Origin: Selaginella moellendorffii
Taxonomy: Eukaryota; Plantae; Lycopodiophyta
Assembly: GCF_000143415.4 (NCBI RefSeq)
Contig: NW_003314268.1
Location: 1,873,243-1,937,242 of the forward strand
DNA: 64,000 nt
Reading direction: 5' to 3'
Shown: piece after piece, positions 25,101 through 37,060 of the stretch
Position numbering within the stretch: position 1 is the first letter of the stretch
Layout of the letters: every line of letters begins with the position of its first letter
Made by a program: the position numbers and the translations under genes
Notes under the pieces: model-generated
What the model was told of the DNA's origin: nothing
The model's input: the letters and a program-made list of their open reading frames with translations, nothing else
The model's database searches: none

Positions 25101-25216
25101 TCCCCAAGCCTTTGACAGTGTATAACAAAGTTCCGATCCATAGACACAAGGGTCCCTTTTGCAACTCTCTTCCCACCATTCAAAATGTAAACCTTTTCCC
25201 CAACCCTGAAGGCCAT
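22148..25216 (-). pseudogene. Sola1-like / DUF7869-type DDD transposase, copy 2: full-length 1022-codon frame with four point stops
   Basis: Single reading frame 25216->22148 with stops at 24506, 24128, 23906 and 22229. Putative catalytic Asp residues in IIHDKMD, QTDNAGSENKN and GHTHEDVDAMFS are intact. Confidence 0.8.
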
Positions 25217-26480
25217 TCTGAAAGTGCAGAAAAGAAGTTAAGACCATACAAAAAATGATTGGAGAATGGCCTAAATCATAACATACCAAACAACCTCAAT
25301 AGCATTAGGCCACATGCCATTATTCAAACATGCTATTGACACCCACGTGAAATTTCGCATTCACAAAATTGGCATGAGGCCTCATGCCATCTTGATATAC
25401 ACACAGCTGCAGGCAAGTAAAAACATACATGACAATACGCTAGCCATGAAATTGCAAGGGCCCAAGATGGCATGTGGCCTCATGCCATTTCTAAATGTGG
25501 TCGTAAGCCATTCCATGGTGAACATACCAGGAAGCACAAGTGCCGAATATCAAGAGGAAGCGGTAGCCACACCAAAGACAGTGCCGCTCGCAACACCGCA
25601 ACTGCTCGTAGCGCCACTCGCACAAACTGCCACTCGCATAAACTGCAGCTCGCAATGGCGCTCACAATGCCGCAACCACTTGTAGACGCATAAACCACAG
25701 CTCACAACGTCGCTTACACAAGCAGCGCTCACTGCACTCAGCGGAACCAAGAACACGGCGCACAAAAATGATAGACCTAGGAATGAGTTCGAGAAGTCAA
25801 AAATAACACACGCTTGAACGTCACATCAAATCCTCTGACAAACCAGATCTTATGATTCCTCTGACAAATTTCAAACTGAGTAGCTTCTAGACTTTGCTAT
25901 CGGAGGTTGAACTTTGTCACATCATGTCCTTGCCTCGATCCAGCTGTGCCATGTTAGTGATTCGAACTTTGCCATGCCGTGTCAGCGATCTGCACCAAGA
26001 TTATTCGCCGTGTAAAGGAATAATTATGCTGTGTGTGTACATCCATTTATGGCAATATAAGGCCACACGCCATTCAAAGAATAATGCTAGTCAAGCATTT
26101 TTTGGTGCATTTTTTGGTTCAAAATTGCATGAGCCCACACGCTATAAGTTTACCTGTACCAAAAATAGAAACAGCTTTATTTACTTGGGAATTTAAGTGG
26201 TTGAGGCATTTTTAAACTTACAAACACATGCCCTACTTACATTCCTTTGGTTGCTTAAAATTCAAAAATATTATAAACCTTTCTTTTTGCATTTTCAATG
26301 TTTTCAATTATGGTTTTTGATTTTCGCAGGACCAACCTAGTAATCTATTTGCATCCCGTCATGTTTATAGCTAGCTTTCATTTGTCCCCTTCGCTAGCCT
26401 GAGATACATCTGCTCGGCATCTACCTCTTACAACATTTGCCCAGAAAGGGCATCTTTCTTCACGTAGCATTTGCCACATG

Positions 26481-26506
26481 TTTAGGGTTTAGGGTTTAGG
26501 GTTTAG
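26481..26506 (+). repeat. Interstitial plant telomere repeat (TTTAGGG)3+TTTAG inside the transposon
   Basis: tttagggtttagggtttagggtttag. A shorter version is in copy 1 at ~11563-11578. Confidence 0.8.
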
Positions 26507-27978
26507 CAATTCAGTAGCTTGATAAACATGCAAATACAGAACTTGATGCAAAATCCTTTGATATGTCACAATGCTCCTAGGACCATAAACACATTTCAAT
26601 AGAGAAGGTCCTTTTATTTCATAACTCTTTACGTAGATCTTGGTGAAACCAGAGTTAGTGAAGTTAGTTTCTTGTGATCCCGCATCTGATTGTGATGTCC
26701 CTTTGCAGTGTCGATGGAAAGGTCAATGCACATCAAACTATAAAATCTTGGAGCAAAATAACGGTCGGATCTATGGCAAATGCCCCTGAAACATTATAAA
26801 GCTCGTGTGGTCTCATGTGGTGTCCGATCGAGATGCTTCTTTGCAGGGTCATCAAGAAGGACATTGTATACCATTCTTTATTTAGCTGAACATCTTGCAT
26901 TTTTGGAATTACAAGATGCTTTGGAATATCCAATCATGCATGGTATAAATATAGCGAGGGTATTAAATGATATCCCAATCATGATCTTTCTTTTGGATTT
27001 CGCGTGCATGCAGTCCGAGGAATGATGACGTTGCGGATTTCTTTTGGATTTCACGTGCATGCATGCGCGCGGCGATCCAGAAATTAATGGTGGCGCCCAA
27101 GTCCGAGGAATGATGACGTGGCGGGATTACCAACCGTCGTGACATTTCGCGCGTGTGAGGTTAGGTTTTGCATTTTGCTTCATATTCGCGCTCGCACACT
27201 CGCGCTCGCATCGTGCTCCCACTCGCGATCACGCTCACATTCGCGCTCATCTACCTTCTCTACAGGTTTCTCGTGTGCATCGGCGTCCACTCGCGCTTGG
27301 ATCACACTCGCGCTCGCATCGCGCTTGCATCGCACTCGTGTGCATCAGCGTCCACTTCAAGACACACCCAGTTTGTAACTTCGCCGCCAACTCCGCCGCC
27401 CACTCCGCCACCCACACGCAGCCCACTTGGCGTCCCGGGAGATTTCAGTGCCACTCTCCAACTGTAAGTGGCAGAGTAGCCTTGCTGCTACGATCCGCTG
27501 CACACACAGTGCACATTTGCCAGCGAGTCCGGCCTCGATTGTCATGCCTCCATTCGGCTTCAAATGGTAAGTCTTTTAGGCCAAGTAGAAAATGGCATGA
27601 GGCCACATGCCATTCAGTAGCAACATTGGCATGCACCGATTGGGCTCTCGAGTGTAGTCCGGTTACAGATGGCGTGTAGCCTCACGCCATCTTAGGATGC
27701 AGCCTCAAGACATCTGATGCAGTGGTGAATGGCGTGTGGCCTCACGTTATTTCCAGCTGCTAGCTTTTCATCTGTCAGCTCTAATTGTTGTGCATTTATG
27801 AACAGGCGAGGAATTGCGTTCTTCTTCCAGCCACTGTCAATGTGGATGCAGAGAAGGGGGAGGAGCTCACTAGTTGGACTTTCGGGATGGAAGGCGAGGA
27901 TCTGAGGCTGTACAACACAGATGGTGGGAGAAAAGAATGCATGGGGATCCTCATCCAAGTGACAGACACTCCATCCAG

Positions 27979-30216
27979 TGGGAAGTCACTCCAGTCCCAC
28001 TCTGCTGCAGGACCAATAACAAGGGCGAGTGTGAAGATGCGGACATTCGTCGGTACCTTCTTCTTAGCCATTATCCCATGGATCTCCCGCATCTCCTTGC
28101 CTTTCAACCGAGCCTTCACCTCGTTCAAGGCCTTCCAGAACTTGTGATAGGATTCGGAGTCATAGATCATATAGTGGATTGAAGATTCCACCTCCGCAAG
28201 TCCCACCATTAAGTCAATGATGGAGCTGACTTCGTCTGCATGAGTGATCTCCTCGTTTGTGAAGTCCATCACACAAAAGATGTTCTTGACCTACTCATCT
28301 CCGCGGGAAACGATGCTCCTCCACCTTTGATCCTCATCCGAATTCACATATACCTGGTAAGGTTCTCGATAGGCCTCTTCTGCGGGGTGGAGCTGTTTCT
28401 GAAGCCGGCGGTCGACATCCCTCTTAATGAAATTTGGATACTGATCCAACTTCTCAGCTTTACTTTTCGTGGCATCCCGCAGCAGATCGATGAACTTGGG
28501 AGCCCGCCTCAGATCCTCGTCAATGTCTTCATTTGACAACTCCAGCGCTTCCATCATCTCTTGCGTGGTGTCGATGCTCACCCTCTCCACAGCCACTTGC
28601 TCAAAGATCCAATCCTTCAATAGCGCACGAGCTCTCAGAGTCGTACACAAGTCCTCGTATGTCACAATATGGCCGGGAGTCATTTTGGTCTTGTTGAAGA
28701 CTACCTCACCACGTAGAAGAGCATTAGCCACTGTCAGAAGGTCGTCATCGTCTAGAGACCGCGAGAAACGCAAGGCGTTGAGCTTCAAATCATTGGGCTT
28801 CCGGCCGTCCTCCACACCCATTGAGTTTAGTAACTCCCTGTCATGGTACCTCCTCAGCACATCTACCCATTTGTCAAAAACAACTTTTGTCGCGAGTAGA
28901 ATGTTATGGATGCTAAGTGTGTCATTGACCCCCAGTGTTTTCGAGAGAAGACTCGAGAATTCCTACAATGGAAATGGCGTGAGGCCACATGCTATGCCAC
29001 ATGCAACGAGGCTTACCTGCCAGGCGCTAGTTGCTAGTGCACGTCCTTGTCCTAGTTTTTGTGGCTTCTTCAGTTGAACCCAGAGCTTCCGTGTTCATGC
29101 CAATGTCTCGTGCAAACCCGATTTGTAGCATGTTTCTTGCTTGACATTCTGCACGTGGGAGATGTATATGATAGATCGGAGGGGCGAGTTGCCTTTTATC
29201 AGGCGGACAACTCTTGTCTTGAAGACTTTCTTCACCTCCTCGCCCACCATAATATCCACAACTATCTCTTGCATCGCCAAGCTAAAATGCTGCCTAGAGA
29301 CGGCATAGAACCGGATGTTCTGATCGTCCAACACCTTCCTATTGATCAAGTCTGGAAACCTCGTCTCGCCCTTCATTGTTCGGTAGTAGGGGATCACGTC
29401 TGGGATGTCGGGTGTTACTGGACTTGCCAGCATCTTCTGCTTCAGTTTCTCCACCCACTCATCAGATACAAGCCTGTGGTTGTATTTGCTTTGGATGTCG
29501 ATATGGCTCACGTCGATTGTATATACTTTTTTGGAATAGTAACAAGTACTATTATCTGTGACGATTTTTGCTGCCTCTTCTTGCTCTTTCTGCTCTTTGC
29601 GGCTCTTCTTTTTGGTGGGTGTAGTGTTCGAACCCGAGGCAATGGCATCACCGAGTAGCTTCTTTTTTGGAGCAGGAGAGTCGGACGTCGGCTTGAGCTT
29701 GACCACCCTTTTCTGCTTCGGAGTAGTTTCCAGATCGACCCCCTTCCCCTTCGCTTCGCGAACTGGAGGCACTCTCAACAGCTCAATGTTGGAATATAGT
29801 TTTTGAACATCGCCATAGGTGAGGTCCGTGGATTCCATGTGATCTTCATAGACCCGCAGCGTCTTTGAAATTGTGGGCCTCCTGGACAACCTCTCCCTAG
29901 CTCCCTCTAGGAATTCCTCATAGCCGTTGCCCCCCTCCGGGAAGCCGCTAGGATGTGCAAGGTGGATCTTGAAGGCGGACGCTGTCTCTACCACAAGTGC
30001 CAGTCCATATTCTTGCATGGAACTGCATGGAGTGTCTATCACTTGGATGAGGATCCCCATGCATTCTTTTCTCCCACCATCTGTGTTGTACAGCCTCAGA
30101 ACCTCGCCTTCCATCCCGAAAGTCCAACTGGTGAGCTCCTCCCCCTTCTCTGCATCCACATTGACAGTGGCTGGAAGAAGAATGCAATTCCTCGCCTGTT
30201 CAGAAATGCACAACAA
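27979..30216 (-). pseudogene. Cargo gene in copy 3, un-inverted: ParB-like domain continuous with the downstream helical/MTase-like region (3' truncated)
   Basis: ORFs 29095-30216, 28291-28860 and 28272-27979 form one frame across a 54-nt intron (~29016-28963), with CGA->TGA and CAG->TAG stops. Confidence 0.7.
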
Positions 30217-32842
30217 TTAGAGCTGACAGATGAAAAGCTAGCAGCTGGAAATAACGTGAGGCCACACGCCATTCACCACTGCATCAGATGTCTTGAGGCT
30301 GCATCCTAAGATGGCGTGAGGCTACACGCCATCTGTAACCGGACTGCACTCGAGAGCCCAATCGGTGCATGCCAATGTTGCTACTGAATGGCATGTGGCC
30401 TCATGCCATTTTCTACTTGGCCTAAAAGACTTATCATTTGAAGCCGAATGGAGGCATGACAATCGAGGCCGGACTCGCTGGCAAATGTGCACTGTGTGTG
30501 TAGCGGATCGTAGCAGCAAGGCTACTCTGCCACTTACAGTTGGAGAGTGGCGCTGAAATCTCCCAGGACACCAAGTGTGGGTGGCAGAGTGGGCGGCGGA
30601 GTTGGCGGCGCAATTACAAACTGGGTGTATCTTGAAGTGGACGCCGATGCACACGAGCGCGATGCAAGCGCGAGTGTGATGCAAGCACGAGTGGACGCTG
30701 ATGCACACGAGAAACCTGTAGAGAAGGTAGATGAGCGCGAATGTGAGCGTGATCGCGAGTGGGAGCGCGATGCGAGCACGAGTGTGCGAGCGCGAGTACG
30801 AAGCAAAATGCAAAACCTAACCTCACACGCGCGAAATGTCACGACGGTTGGTAATCCCGCCATGTCATCATTCCTCGGACTTGGGCGCCACCATTAATTT
30901 CTGGATCGCCGCGCGCATGCATGCACGTGAAATCCAAAAGAAATCCGCAACGTCATCATTCCTCGGACTGCATGCACGTGAAATCCAAAAGAAAGATCAT
31001 GATTGGGATATCATTTAATACCCTCGCTATATTTATACCATGCATGATTGGATATTCCAAAGCATCTTGTATTTCCAAAAATGCAAGATGTTCAGCTAAA
31101 TAAAGAATGGTATACAATGTCCTTCTTGATGACCCTGCAAAGAAGCATCTCAATCAGACACCACATGAGACCACACGAGCCTTATAATGTTTCAGGGGCA
31201 TTTGCCATAGATCCGACCGTTATTTTGCTCCAAGATTATTTTGCTTCAAGGTGAACAATCTGAATCTGAATCAGAGGAGGCGTGATGGCATGTGGCCTTA
31301 CGCCATTCCTAGGTGAGATGATACAAATAACAAGTATAAATTCTTAGTTGTTCTAGCAAATCTTACTTAAAGTTCAAGGTGAACAAGCCGAATATGAATT
31401 CATCGGATTGTTATAACAAATTGCGAGGTGATGGCATGAGGCGATACACCATTTGAGAGTGGTAGCCATTCCTATATGAGGTGAGTGAAATATTTATTAG
31501 AAATACCTCATTCAATTGTGCACTTCTAAGTCTTGGTCCACTCAGTACTGTTTGCATGTTTCTATTTTAATTCTTTCTCTAAAATGTTATTTAGCATGTG
31601 GCTTCATGCCATTGCTCTCCACAATCATGCATTGAATTTTTCTATCCTTGCATAATACTTCTCCATATATATAGCATGTGCGCACATGTGATATGGTTCA
31701 TTAGGCCTGATATAGTGTATGAGGTAAAACAAAGATGATGTGACATATGCATTTACCAATCACACATGCATAAATCTAATAATATGGCGTGTGGCCCATA
31801 TTAATGGCACATAAACCCATATTGTGGGCTTACGTGCTTTATGTACCATCATTCCCTTGCAGCGTGTGTGTTGGTTTCCTTTTATAACACAACGAACTCC
31901 ATATTTTAGGGTGAAGAGCGTTCTCATGGCAAGCACAAAATCTGTAAGTGAGGCAGAAAAGGAGACGGAGAAGGAGATAGGTGAAGATGTAGAATATATA
32001 AGTCTTCCAAACTCCCCGTACTATACTCCAGGTGATCATTTTTCTGAACAAATGGCAACATTAACAACTATCGAGAACGCCCCAGTAACGTCAGAGACAA
32101 CAATCCAAAGCAAAACAACTGACCCGGAGAAGGATGATAGTACCACTGAGAGTACCAAAAAGGAGGTGTCCACTAGCGCTTAGGCTTATAATGGCGTGTG
32201 CCCTCATGCCATTTACTTGATCACCAAATACCTTTTTCCCTTTGCACTAGTATATCTTAATACCGGTCTGAGAAATAGAATGGCATGTGCCCTCAGGCCT
32301 TTTACTAAATCACCTTTGAAAGAAATGCAAGCCTCTATGTCGTAAAAAAAAGGTACTAGAGAAATTCCTTAATAATATGAATATTATTTAGTTTCATGAA
32401 AATGCACTAAGGGTCAAATGAGTTAAATGACTTCTCCAGACTAGCAATGCCTCTTGCTACACCTTCACAATTAGATTCGTTAGAAAAAGATAACATTGAA
32501 TAATATCTAAATGTTCTCACCATTAAGTTATATGTCTGGCTAATAGGAATGACGTTCATCTTGGAAAGCTCACCACACGCTCAATGAACAAACAAATAGT
32601 GTGTGCGCGCATGCCATCACTCTTCTTTAGCTTCAGATTCGGCTTGTTCACCTTGACAATGAGATTTATTATACAACTAGATGGACTCAGTCTGGACACA
32701 AAGTCACCGCGCTAGTCACCATGCCCCAGATATGTCTAGCCCCTGGACAAAAAATATATAATTTCAAGTCATTTTCAAATACTTGAAAATTTGTACCTAG
32801 TCCCATTTTACTGAATAAATCCCACTTTAACGAAATAGAGCT
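27979..32842 (-). mobile_element. Large DNA transposon copy 3 (inverted; transposase deleted; fused tail-to-tail with copy 2)
   Basis: 31245-32842 is the reverse complement of 20518-~22115. 30030-31237 is the reverse complement of ~26745-27974. The terminus ...CGAAATAGAGCT ends at 32842. Confidence 0.88.
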
Positions 32843-34262
32843 TAAAAGGCTTCGACTTGAAAGGTCGAGAGCGAGAGTGAAACTCCCAATGGAGTGCTCA
32901 AGGAACGAGCATGAAGTGAGCAATAAGAGAGTCTCTAGAAAAGGGACACAAGAGGACCAACACATGACATTTGGTGGAGTCCGAGATGGACCTAAGATGG
33001 AGTCCGAGATGGACCCAAGATGGAGTCCGAGATGGACCCAAGATGGAGTTCGAGATGGACCCGAAATGGAGTCTGAGATAGACCCGAGATGGAGTCCGAG
33101 ATGGAGTCCGAAAAGGACCCAAGATGGAGGTTGAGACCAAGACCGAGACCGAGACTAAGACTGGGACCAGGACCGAGACCAAGGCCGAGGCCGAAACCAA
33201 GTCCAAGGGTGAAAGCCCAAAGTGTTCGTCTCCCAAACCCTAGGGGGTTTGGTGAGCTCCAAAAGTATAGTAGGACTTCAGTGGAGCCAATTTGGCCAGA
33301 AAAGGCTAGTTTGGCCCAGAAAGGTCGTACCCAGGTGTTGGGTGATGGGATAACCACTGGGAAGTCCAAAGCTAGAGTGAACATGGACTGACAAACGGGG
33401 TAGCTTGGTGAAGTGTTCAAAAGCTGGCTCTAGTTCCCCTGGGAGATCGAATGGTTGATGATCCCAATCCAAGTGTGGGTGGCACTACCTACTTGGATAC
33501 CTTGTATGGCTCAATGGAACCTCACTTTAAGCCCATGGCTAGAGCACCAAAAGGTGGAAAGTGGGGAGAGTACCTATGAGGCTCGCGTAGGGCCACAGTG
33601 TTCCAAAATATTGTCCTAATGTCCCAAACTGTGGAAAGGAAGAGGAGTAGTCCTCTAAGGTAGTGACTAAAGATACGGTCACATGGTGAGGAAGTCCAAG
33701 AGGACAATAGGACTTAGTGGTTCGGCCTGTGGGCCTTGATCTAGTGGCAGTGGTGGTGAAACACGACCATGGATAGGACAGGACTTGGTGGGGACTGAAA
33801 GAAGGATATTGGGGAAAGCTGTTCCCCTTGTCTATGGGCATTCTAAGGATGCTAAGGAGTGGATCTGGGATGACCACTCATGGATGGATGGCCCAGTCTC
33901 AAAGGGACAGGACTATGATGCAGATGGTATTGGACCACCAGTGCGGCCAAGGTGATTGGGCAGGGCCTTAGCATAATAGGCTGCTATGTTGGTGGTACCG
34001 TTGAGTGTCGGTCATGGGATTGGACATGTGGAGCACTTGGACCAAGTGCAAAAGTTGAGTGGTAGAGATGCCATTCTCGGGGCTAGCCAGCCCCAAGTCC
34101 GGAATAGGACTTATGGAGGTTGCGAGTGAGACTCCTCCAAGTGGTTGGAGGTGTGGTTAAGTGACTAAAGTAGAATGTAAAATTTAATCGCTTACACAAG
34201 GCCCAAGTGGTTGGAGGTGTGGTTAAGTGACTAAAGCAAAATGGAAAAATTAATCGCTTACA
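32843..34262. mobile_element. LTR family A lacking its first ~95 bp, with a tandem duplication of its last ~60 bp
   Basis: Colinear with ~2614-4132. Ends CTTACA at 34196 and again at 34262. Confidence 0.82.
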
Positions 34263-34342
34263 AATGCCTCTATATTTGTAAAGCATGAATAATGGAAAGT
34301 AACTCTTGCTTCGTGGAATATTATTACTCTATAGAATTTAAT

Positions 34343-34760
34343 TGTGAGACACAAAATCCCTAGGCTCCAAAGGGGAGCCAAAAGGGTGCCACATGGTAGT
34401 GGTGGAGGCAAAAGCTAAATGAGCGTAACACATTTGGACTAAAAGCTCCAACTTGAAAAGTCGAGAGTGGGAGTGAAACTCCCAATGAAGGACTCGAGGA
34501 ACGAGCATGAAATAATCAATAAGTGAGTCTCCAAAAAAGGGACACAAAAGGACCAATATATGACACATGAAAGTGTCCAAGATGGAATCTAAGATGGACC
34601 CGAAATGGAGTCTGAGATGGACCCGAGATGGAGTCCGAAATGGAGTCCGAGATAGACCTGATATGGAGTCTGAGATAGACCCGAGATGGAGTCCAAGATG
34701 GACCTGAAACCAAGACCAAGACTGAGTCCGAGTCCGAAACCGGGACCAAGACCAAGTCCG
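34343..34760. mobile_element. LTR family A fragment
   Basis: TGTGAGACAC start at 34343 and the tandem arrays. Joins directly to gypsy integrase sequence. Confidence 0.8.
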
Positions 34761-36494
34761 AGTCTTGGACTTCATCACTCATTTGCCATGGACACAGAGG
34801 CAAAAGAAGCAAGTATGAGTCATAGTGGATTCGTTGACGAAGTATGTGCAGTTATTAGCTCTTCGTAAGACTGTCACTACCTAAGACTTAGCTGCGGTCT
34901 ACTTGGAGAAGGTTTTTCCTGATTTGGGTTTGCCAGAGGACATCATTAGTGATTGAGATTCAAAGTTCACAAGTGGATTTTGGAAGAGCTTTGCAAAAGC
35001 TATACAAGTGACTTTGAAACTCTCGAGTGGAGATCATCCTCAGACAGATGGGCAAACCGAGCGTGTGAATCAGGTGGTGGAGGATATGCTATGTTGTAGT
35101 GTTGGTCAAAGGTAAGAATAGTGGGATTTATATCTTCCGTTGGTAAAATTTACTTACAACAATAGCCAACACAGTAGAATCAAGCTAAGTCCTTACTTTG
35201 CCATGTTTGGAAGGCATCCCTAAACAATGGTGGAGTTGAGATTGCATTTGAGTAAGGACTTTCAAGATAAGCTTGATTCAGAGGCAATTGATCTGGCCAC
35301 AAAACTTGATGAGATTCTGGTAGTGTGCAAATAGAATTTGCAAGCAACTCAGGATAGAGCAAAAAGATTTGCTAATGAGCATTGCTAATTCTAGGAATAT
35401 AAGGTGGGTGATCTTGTCTTCGTGTGAATGATCTTTCCATCAAATAAGTGGTGGAACACTTTAGTGCCTTTACGGACAAGGAAGAGTGATAAACTTTCTC
35501 ATCGATATACTAGTTCATATGAAGTGTTAGAGCATATTGGTAAAATGATTTATCGGGTGCAACTGCCAGCTAAGGTGAAAATTCATTCAGTATTTTATGT
35601 CAGCCAGTTGAAAGGTGTACTATCTCAGAGTGACAAGCCCAATGCCTCCTTGATGTATACGGCTGTGGAAGATGAACCAGGAGCTTGAGTAGGGTTCCCT
35701 AAAAAAGGTGATTACCAATACAACTTGTTCTTGGGACAAAGACTTTGTTAGGGGGGAAGAATTGTTAGGCACCAATTTTGACCACGTGGTTAACGTCAGT
35801 CAAAAGGAGACTCAAGGGTATATTAAGGCATGTTAAGGTAAGGGACAAAACCTACCCTAGGGCTCACAGTGGAGCGGCAGCGTAATGGAGTTTTTGAGGT
35901 AGCTCGGGTGGTGAGGAACCTCAAGAGGTGGCGTAATATAGTCTAGGGTGACTAGATCTCTATCTTTTTGCGCTGGATCATAACAAAATCCCCCCTTTGT
36001 GCAGTTTGCAAGATCAACTCTAGGGGGCACTATCTCCAACAAACCTCCTTCTAGTCGCCACAGTACCCATGCTTTCTACCACTCCTCCAGCCTTTCTAGC
36101 TTCCCCCTCGGAGGATAGCCTTACTGCTGCTAGTGTAAATCTCCACCACTCCGCCATCACTACTGATACTTTGACCTGGATTCCATCAAAGTGAGCTCAA
36201 TTGCATGCTTCCCACAAGGCCTGGACCCCATCATACACTATACCGCCCATCTAGCATGGCTAAAAGCCTCTCACACCAGAACCCCTATCTACATCCCAAC
36301 GGACCTGGATCCCCACAGCCGTGTTGTCCCCTGCACCTCATGTGCCGCAGGACCGAGCTATGGAGATACATTGACATCGTCCTCCTGAGAGAGAAAATGT
36401 AATAGTTATAAATGCAATAGAACAAGACTTATATTGAGATGGATCTTTCTTGCCTGTGTAGAAGTTAACCTCTAAAAGTCCTTGATGTTTCACA
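34761..36494 (+). mobile_element. Ty3/gypsy 3' part: degenerate integrase, polypurine tract and 3' LTR
   Basis: SLDFITHLP, HPQTDGQTERVNQVVEDML, YRVQLPAKVKIHSVFYVSQLK. PPT AGGGGGGAAGAA at 35750-35761, then TGTTAG at 35763. The LTR end near 36494 is a guess. Confidence 0.75.
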
Positions 36495-37060
36495 AGAAGA
36501 GATGCGATTTAAGGCTCATCTGCTGGGACTGAACACTATCGACATGCTCAAGGTTCGCTTCCATATGATAGGTTTCACTTACCATTCTTTTTCTACAGGT
36601 TGCCTCGTATGTCCAAGGATACAAGAAGGGAAGGAAGGAAGGAAGGTTTGCCATTTCTTCTGTCCTCTTCTAGACGACAACGTTGGCAATAGCGCATGGT
36701 ATTATGCAGCTCCGTCATCAGCCTAAAAGTTAGTCGTTTCACAAGAAGCTCATATAGCAATTTCCTTTTACTGTTAGGGCGAGGGGAAAACGAATGAGGC
36801 CACGGGAATTGGAGGTGTATGAGAGCTACATCACGCTGTCTCCTAACCTCATCTTGTTTTCAGGACCGCAAGGTCGTAAAGATTTTGATTCAATTCTCTT
36901 GGCTCTCGCGGTGTAGATTTTCCAGGAGGCACAATATTGGGTGAATGTTTACAATGCAGTTTTCATGCCAAGGAAGCAGTAGAAGGGAGACAAGTTTGTT
37001 AAGCATATGCCATCCAAGCCACTCGAAGCACTCAGTGCCAAGCCATCATCTCTCTGAGTG

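Larger units (their letters stand above)
20518..27974. mobile_element. Large DNA transposon copy 2 (same orientation as copy 1; truncated inside the cargo gene)
   Basis: Near-identical direct repeat of 6185-~13021. Retains several segments deleted in copy 1. Confidence 0.88.

Noticed and set aside
27785-28272. ORFs 27785-28147 and 27796-28272 as novel proteins
   Set aside because: They are chimeric frames crossing the copy 2/copy 3 fusion at 27975-27978.
20518-32842. A single native element with 1.6-kb TIRs
   Set aside because: There is no TSD, the flanks are non-contiguous LTR copies, and inverted homology continues into internal sequence. Fusion of two copies explains it better.
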